In this document: positions 59,291 through 64,000 of the stretch, in pieces
Position numbering within the stretch: position 1 is the stretch's first letter
How the letters are laid out: every line of letters starts with the position of its first letter
Assembly (NCBI GenBank): GCA_035652355.1
Contig: DASRDY010000285.1
Coordinates: 24,300 to 88,299 of the forward strand
DNA from: Blastocatellia bacterium
GTDB lineage: Bacteria; Acidobacteriota; Blastocatellia; DASRDY01
Direction: 5' to 3'
DNA: 64,000 bases
Program-made: the position numbers and the translations under genes
The notes under the pieces: model-generated
Seen by the model: only the letters and a program-made list of their open reading frames with translations
What the model was told of the DNA's origin: nothing
The model's database searches: none

Positions 59291-60346
59291 TCAAGGGACG
59301 CTGGTTAATTGATTTTGCTGGTGTTGCCGTATTTGCTGACGATATTGGGCAACCGCGCGGTTGTGTTCATCGATTGACCTCGAAAAGTGATGGCTGCCGT
59401 CGACGCCGGTCGCCACAAAATAGTAAAAGTCGGTCTCTGCAGGGTATAGAGCGGCTTCGAGTGACCGTCGTCCGGGCGAGGCTATCGGACCTGGTGGCAA
59501 TCCCTGAGTAACGTAAGTATTGTACGGAGATCTCCGAGTGCGATGACGCGGATTATTCACATTGCCATCGTAATCATTTGCCAGAATAGCCGCATAAATA
59601 AACGTCGGATCGGTTTCAAGGAGCATATTCTTTTTAAGTCGATTATAGAAGACAGAGGCAATTACCGGTCGCTCATCAGGGTTTTTAGCTTCCTTTTCGA
59701 TGATTGATGCCATGGTGACGATGTTGTGAATCGAGCTAATCTGATTCGCTCTTTCCCGCCATCCGACATTAAATACAGATCGGAATCTTTCGGTCATCTG
59801 CTTTACCAGTTCCTGTGGAGTGGTCTCGTAAGTATAAGTATAAGTATCTGGAAACAAATAGCCTTCCAGATCGCGAGCTTCGGGATCCAGATCCGAAATT
59901 AATGAAGGATCTGCTGTAAGCGCCAGGAATGTCGTCGCATCCGCCTTTCCCGTCTCTGCCAGGCGGTTAGCAATATCGAATCTATTATAACCTTCCGGGA
60001 TGGTAACGTGGTATTGGACCACTTCTCCTCGCTCCATTTTACCTATAGCTTCGATGGGAGTTATGGGCGACTGGAAGCGATATTCTCCGGCTTTGATAGC
60101 TTTGCCGTAATGTAATTTAGTATATAAAAGAACTGGAACTCGGGATGATATGATACCAGCATCATATAGGCGGTCAATTATTGCGCGAGTCCCCAAACCA
60201 CGGTCGATAATAACGCTTTTGTCTGCTGGCTGATGCACAAGAGGTGTGCGCAGTTCGTAAAAAGTCCAGACAGCGAATGACGCGATCAATACTACCAGTA
60301 TTCCTAACCCTGCAAGCAGTTTCTTCCTGTTGCGTCTTCTTCGCAT
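59291..60346 (-). CDS. mltG: Endolytic murein transglycosylase MltG (YceG family)
   Basis: N-terminal TM anchor (LLAGLGILVVLIASFAVW). YceG core ASIIEKEAK…ERPVIASVFYNRL…TDPTFIYA. Start taken at the internal ATG at 60346. The open frame continues to 60601 as an Arg-rich extension that would overlap ruvX. Confidence 0.8.
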   Translation of the reverse strand: MRRRRNRKKLLAGLGILVVLIASFAVWTFYELRTPLVHQPADKSVIIDRGLGTRAIIDRLYDAGIISSRVPVLLYTKLHYGKAIKAGEYRFQSPITPIEAIGKMERGEVVQYHVTIPEGYNRFDIANRLAETGKADATTFLALTADPSLISDLDPEARDLEGYLFPDTYTYTYETTPQELVKQMTERFRSVFNVGWRERANQISSIHNIVTMASIIEKEAKNPDERPVIASVFYNRLKKNMLLETDPTFIYAAILANDYDGNVNNPRHRTRRSPYNTYVTQGLPPGPIASPGRRSLEAALYPAETDFYYFVATGVDGSHHFSRSIDEHNRAVAQYRQQIRQHQQNQLTSVP

Positions 60347-60444
60347 TGTGTTGACGGGCACTCCCAATATAGTTTCCGGCGCCGATGCGCCGGCAGGTGG
60401 ACCATTCCTCTTTTCATCGCCCTCTCCTGAGCTCTTGTTCGGTT

Positions 60445-60873
60445 CTATGTCCGATTCTGAAGACGGTCTTGCCTGGACAAATAATCTTCTAGCAGGATCA
60501 CCGCCGCCCATTCGTCCGACCTGGCCTTTCGCTCGTCGCGAGTATAGCCGCGTTCGAGCAGTATCTGGTCCGCTTCGCGCGATGTCAGTCGTTCGTCGCA
60601 AAGCTCGATCGGTACATCAACCAGCGCCCGAAGCCCGTCGGCAAATTCGCGAACGCGTCTGACCGCTGGTCCTTCGCTTCCGTCCATATTCAGCGGTAAT
60701 CCTATAACGATCTGTCTGGCGCCAAGTTCCTTTGAAAGCTCCGCAGCCCGGTGCAAAGCTTCTGACCGGTTTCGTCCGCCGATAGTCTCGACGGGTCGAA
60801 CGGTGATGCCCATCTCGTCACAAACGGCTACGCCCGTGCGTCTCGTCCCGCAGTCCAGCGCCATCACTCGCAT
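60445..60873 (-). CDS. ruvX: Holliday-junction-resolvase-like nuclease RuvX (YqgF)
   Basis: MRVMALDCGTRRTGVAVCD… is the RNase-H-fold YqgF signature. The ruvX-mltG neighbourhood is conserved. Confidence 0.8.
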   Translation of the reverse strand: MRVMALDCGTRRTGVAVCDEMGITVRPVETIGGRNRSEALHRAAELSKELGARQIVIGLPLNMDGSEGPAVRRVREFADGLRALVDVPIELCDERLTSREADQILLERGYTRDERKARSDEWAAVILLEDYLSRQDRLQNRT

Positions 60874-61061
60874 AAGGCCACCCAGTATAGTTTCACGGTG
60901 AAATGGGTGTCAACTTAACCCAGAGAAGCAGCATCGGTGGAGGTGTTTTGGTAACGTAAGGCTGATCGACAAAAGGATTATATGTCAGGAGGCCGGCAAA
61001 GTAGCCAATGAAGACGGCTGTACCGACCTTCTCAAATGGAGTCCTGAAATTTGTTGACTGT

Positions 61062-62345
61062 TTAATCCGCCAGCAACTGCAGCGATTGATCCAACAACTT
61101 CGGTATGTCGTTGAGGATCTTGGCTGCGCTCTTTGGTTGCAAATTGACAAAGCGAGCCGCCGGGTGGGCGGCCAGATCTTCCGGGCGTATTTTGGTGAGA
61201 GCCTCTTCCAACTCTGCCCTTGGACGATTTAGTGAGTAAGTCGCCAGGGTGTCCGACAGGGCCGCGATGGCCACGTATTCGCGTTCGGTTGCGGCGACTT
61301 CCAGGTTGTGGTGGTTTGCCATGGATTCCACCACAGCTTCGGGTAAGCGCCAGTTGCTGCCGACTGAACGACCGACACCCTGATGATAAACCTTGACGAT
61401 CTCGGCCGCGCTCTCTTCAAGAGCCGGATCGCGCACGGCGCCATGGCCGAGAACGTCCTGAATCAGGGTGTACAGAACGCTCATCCCAAAATCCATCAGC
61501 AATCCGCACAGGAAAGCCAGATTGCCGTCAAGACCACCTGCTCTATTCGCTACCGAGCCGGCAAATGCAGCCGTAACAAGAGAGTGCGTCCACAGGCTCT
61601 TCCTGTTTGCCGCAAAGATGTCCCTGCCAGGTTGGCGCGCGCCCAGCGACGCTGCCAATGAAATGTTTACTACCTGATCTGTTCCCAACCGCTGCACGGC
61701 GCTCGGCAAAGTCTTTACTTCTTGTTCGTAATTGTGCAGGGCAGAGTTAGCATAACGCATGATCATCGCGACTATCGCAGGATCAGTAACGACTGTATCG
61801 GTGAGCTCGTCCATCGAGAAATTTTCGTCACGAGTCAGCTTCAGCAGCTTGGCGGTTACCTCGGGCATCGGAGGAACTTTGAAATCTTCTCTGAGCAAAC
61901 GATCCGCAACTTTGAGGCGTAGGGTGTCGGCAAGAGTAAGGGTGGTATTGGGAGCGTTTACCTCCATCCAATTACTAAGAGTCGGTTCTGAACGTTCCTC
62001 ATCATTAGAAGCCTCAGTTGGCTGCGATACCCCGATAATGTCCAGCAGCAGGAACTCAACCGGCAAATTGAGATTGGTTGAGGCGACTTTCTGCGGAAGT
62101 TTACTGTCTCTGAATTCGAATTGTCCCCACCGCCAGCGGACTGCCTCTGTCAGCATTACGCGGATGCTGTTGGCACTGTCCGAATCCGTCAGGTCAAACG
62201 CCGTGGCCGCGATTTTGCCCGCGGAGAAAAAGATGGCAAGGCGGTTGGGGGAGTGCTCGACCGTAAGCTCACCCGTGCGTTCAGTCAGCGCAACCCATTG
62301 TATTATGTCGAGAAGCGGGAACGTGTATATTTCGCCCTGAATCAT
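61062..62345 (-). CDS. Signalling protein with N-terminal DUF4388 domain and C-terminal HDOD domain
   Basis: GEIYTFPLLDIIQWVALTERTGELTV is the DUF4388 pattern. HDOD region …LPPMPEVTAKLLKLTRDENFSMDELTDTVVTDPAIVAMIMRYANSA…LWTHSL…. Confidence 0.7.
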   Translation of the reverse strand: MIQGEIYTFPLLDIIQWVALTERTGELTVEHSPNRLAIFFSAGKIAATAFDLTDSDSANSIRVMLTEAVRWRWGQFEFRDSKLPQKVASTNLNLPVEFLLLDIIGVSQPTEASNDEERSEPTLSNWMEVNAPNTTLTLADTLRLKVADRLLREDFKVPPMPEVTAKLLKLTRDENFSMDELTDTVVTDPAIVAMIMRYANSALHNYEQEVKTLPSAVQRLGTDQVVNISLAASLGARQPGRDIFAANRKSLWTHSLVTAAFAGSVANRAGGLDGNLAFLCGLLMDFGMSVLYTLIQDVLGHGAVRDPALEESAAEIVKVYHQGVGRSVGSNWRLPEAVVESMANHHNLEVAATEREYVAIAALSDTLATYSLNRPRAELEEALTKIRPEDLAAHPAARFVNLQPKSAAKILNDIPKLLDQSLQLLAD

Positions 62346-62704
62346 GAACTATTTCTCTTTCAACTTCTCTTCAGCAGGCATTTAAACCCGTGACAGGGAA
62401 GACGGTTAAAACTTATGTTTTTGCTCCATCAATATATAACGACAAATGGTACACTTTTGATTAGTTATTTCAGTAGGTACAAATGTGACTTTTTCGACAC
62501 GGCTGGACCGGACAGCTTGCCAGTGTTTGCGTCCAGCGAAACGCGTAAATCCTCAAACATTATTCTTTTGCAGAGCTTCCAGCCGTGATGTATTATCTGG
62601 TAGTTCACATGATTTTTGCCTGAAAAGAGACTTGTGTCTCTGCCGCCTTCGCCAAAGACTGACCGCGACGTCGGAATTGAGCGCAGTCCCAAGGAGTTTG
62701 TCGG

Positions 62705-63976
62705 ATGTCAACCAGGAGCAAGGTATTTGTTATCGCCTTCTCGACTATAGTCGTTTTTTACACCGTCGTCGGCGGAATCCTTTCCCACGCAATGGCTTTG
62801 GACAGCAAGGACAACAAATATGTCCAGATGACCATCTTCGATGCTGTCTTGCGCCACGTTGTGCGGGACTATGTTGACGAGCCTGATCTGGAAAAAGTAC
62901 GTATGGGAGCCCTTAGAGGATTGGCGGATGGCCTGGATCCATACAGTGCTTATCTGACTGCCCAACAGGTTGCGGATTATAACGCAGGCAAAAAGGCTAC
63001 TGGCGAAACGGGTATGACAGTGTCCAAGGTGGGCGGCTTCGGCTATGTTGTAGCCGTTCAAAAAGGCTCGCCGGCAGATACCCTGGGCATTCAGCCAGGC
63101 GATTTCATTGAGTATGTGGGCAAGAACGCTACACGCGACATCAGTCTTTATGATTTGATGGGACAGTTGAACGGCGCGCCTGGAACAGAGGTTGATATTT
63201 CGATCGTTCGACAGGGCAAGCCGCAAAAGCTAAAAGTCAAGCGTGCGACGCTTTCGGCTGCCGCGACAGAAACCAGAACTGAAGCAGGCAACACGGGCTA
63301 CATTCACATCACCGATCTTTCCACGGGTAAAGCGGACGAAGTCAAAGCCAAGATCAATGCGCTGAAATCGAGCGGCGCTAAACGCTATGTCCTGGACCTG
63401 CGCGGTGCGGCTTCGGGCGATCTGGCTGAGGCGGTCAAAGTTGCTAACTTCTTCGTACCGAGTGGAACGTTGGCCAAGAAGATCGGCCACAACAATGAAG
63501 AAAAGGAAACGTTTACAGCGACTGCGACCAATGCCATTGTCACCGACGCTCCGGTTGTTGTGATCATTGATCGCACGACGGCTGGACCGGCAGAGGCGAT
63601 TGCTTCCGCAATTCTGGAAAACAAGCGCGGCGAAGTTGTCGGCGAGAAATCATTCGGTGCGGGATCGCAGCAGGAACTGTTCCCGCTTCACGACGGCGGT
63701 GGAATGCTGCTGACAACGATCAGGTACGCTTCACCATCAGGTAAAGCTTTTATGGATGGCGGAGTGACTCCTTCGGACGAGATCAAGAGGGATGAGAACG
63801 CTGACCTGGCCGTGCCCGATGTTGATGGCAGCGACGGCAGCACCGATCAGGCTAATCCCGCGACAGGCGATCAGAAGCCAATGCAAAAGAAAGCAGAGCC
63901 ACAGGAAGACAAGCTGCTGAAGCGCGCAATGGAAATACTGAATGGTGCGCCGAAGGCCCAGAAAAAAGCGGCCTAG
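62705..63976 (+). CDS. S41-family C-terminal processing peptidase with PDZ domain (CtpA-like)
   Basis: N-terminal TM. PDZ (GYVVAVQKGSPADTLGIQPGDFI). S41 catalytic region …YVLDLRGAASGDL…VVVIIDRTTAGPAEAIASAILENKRGEVVGEKSFG…. Confidence 0.85.
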   Translation: MSTRSKVFVIAFSTIVVFYTVVGGILSHAMALDSKDNKYVQMTIFDAVLRHVVRDYVDEPDLEKVRMGALRGLADGLDPYSAYLTAQQVADYNAGKKATGETGMTVSKVGGFGYVVAVQKGSPADTLGIQPGDFIEYVGKNATRDISLYDLMGQLNGAPGTEVDISIVRQGKPQKLKVKRATLSAAATETRTEAGNTGYIHITDLSTGKADEVKAKINALKSSGAKRYVLDLRGAASGDLAEAVKVANFFVPSGTLAKKIGHNNEEKETFTATATNAIVTDAPVVVIIDRTTAGPAEAIASAILENKRGEVVGEKSFGAGSQQELFPLHDGGGMLLTTIRYASPSGKAFMDGGVTPSDEIKRDENADLAVPDVDGSDGSTDQANPATGDQKPMQKKAEPQEDKLLKRAMEILNGAPKAQKKAA

Positions 63977-64000
63977 GATTTTTATAGATTCATCCGATCT

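Overview
This is a 64-kb chromosomal window from what looks like an Acidobacteria-type bacterium. The clue is the FtsX/MacB-like permeases encoded without a partner ATPase (the ADOP family), together with very large beta-helix/DUF11 surface proteins. UAG is used as an ordinary stop codon by most genes here. Left to right the window holds: a 5'-truncated ADOP permease; an MFS transporter; a hicB antitoxin with a frameshifted hicA toxin; a 1,431-aa secreted beta-helix/LamG/DUF11/Ig/IPT protein; mnmA; a MoxR(CbbQ/NorQ)-type AAA+ ATPase with a 1,035-aa VWA partner; a DinG-like helicase; mscS; a fused KGD-type 2-oxoglutarate dehydrogenase; plsC; an HD-domain hydrolase; hutH; a LysA-like PLP decarboxylase; an M19 dipeptidase; a pilB-pilT-pilC type IV pilus block; a GAF protein resembling fRMsr; two tandem FtsX permeases; and truA. 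From about 40.5 kb to 59.3 kb comes an accessory-looking region. It starts with a translationally coupled cassette: a PRMT-like methyltransferase, a small Nif11-like peptide with an Arg/Tyr-rich tail, and a sulfotransferase. It continues with two paralogous GNAT acetyltransferases flanking a small ORF, three tandem phage-tail-collar (MdpB-like) paralogs, and a 3,253-aa surface protein (FG-GAP, beta-helix, about 9 DUF11 repeats, C-terminal gingipain-like C25 peptidase domain). Next is a PqqD-like domain fused in frame to a Tat-type signal and a 27-aa six-cysteine knottin-spaced peptide. The region ends on the minus strand with a tRNA carrying a CUA (amber-reading) anticodon, a basic hypothetical protein, and a PTH2-family peptidyl-tRNA hydrolase gene with a strong Shine-Dalgarno site that is interrupted by a single in-frame TAG. 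After that the window returns to housekeeping genes: mltG, ruvX, a DUF4388-HDOD protein and an S41 C-terminal processing protease. The items I would look at first are the CUA tRNA next to the TAG-interrupted PTH2 gene, the Nif11/sulfotransferase/PRMT cassette, and the PqqD-Tat-knottin fusion. All product calls come from reading the translated ORFs by eye. Nothing was searched or computed externally.
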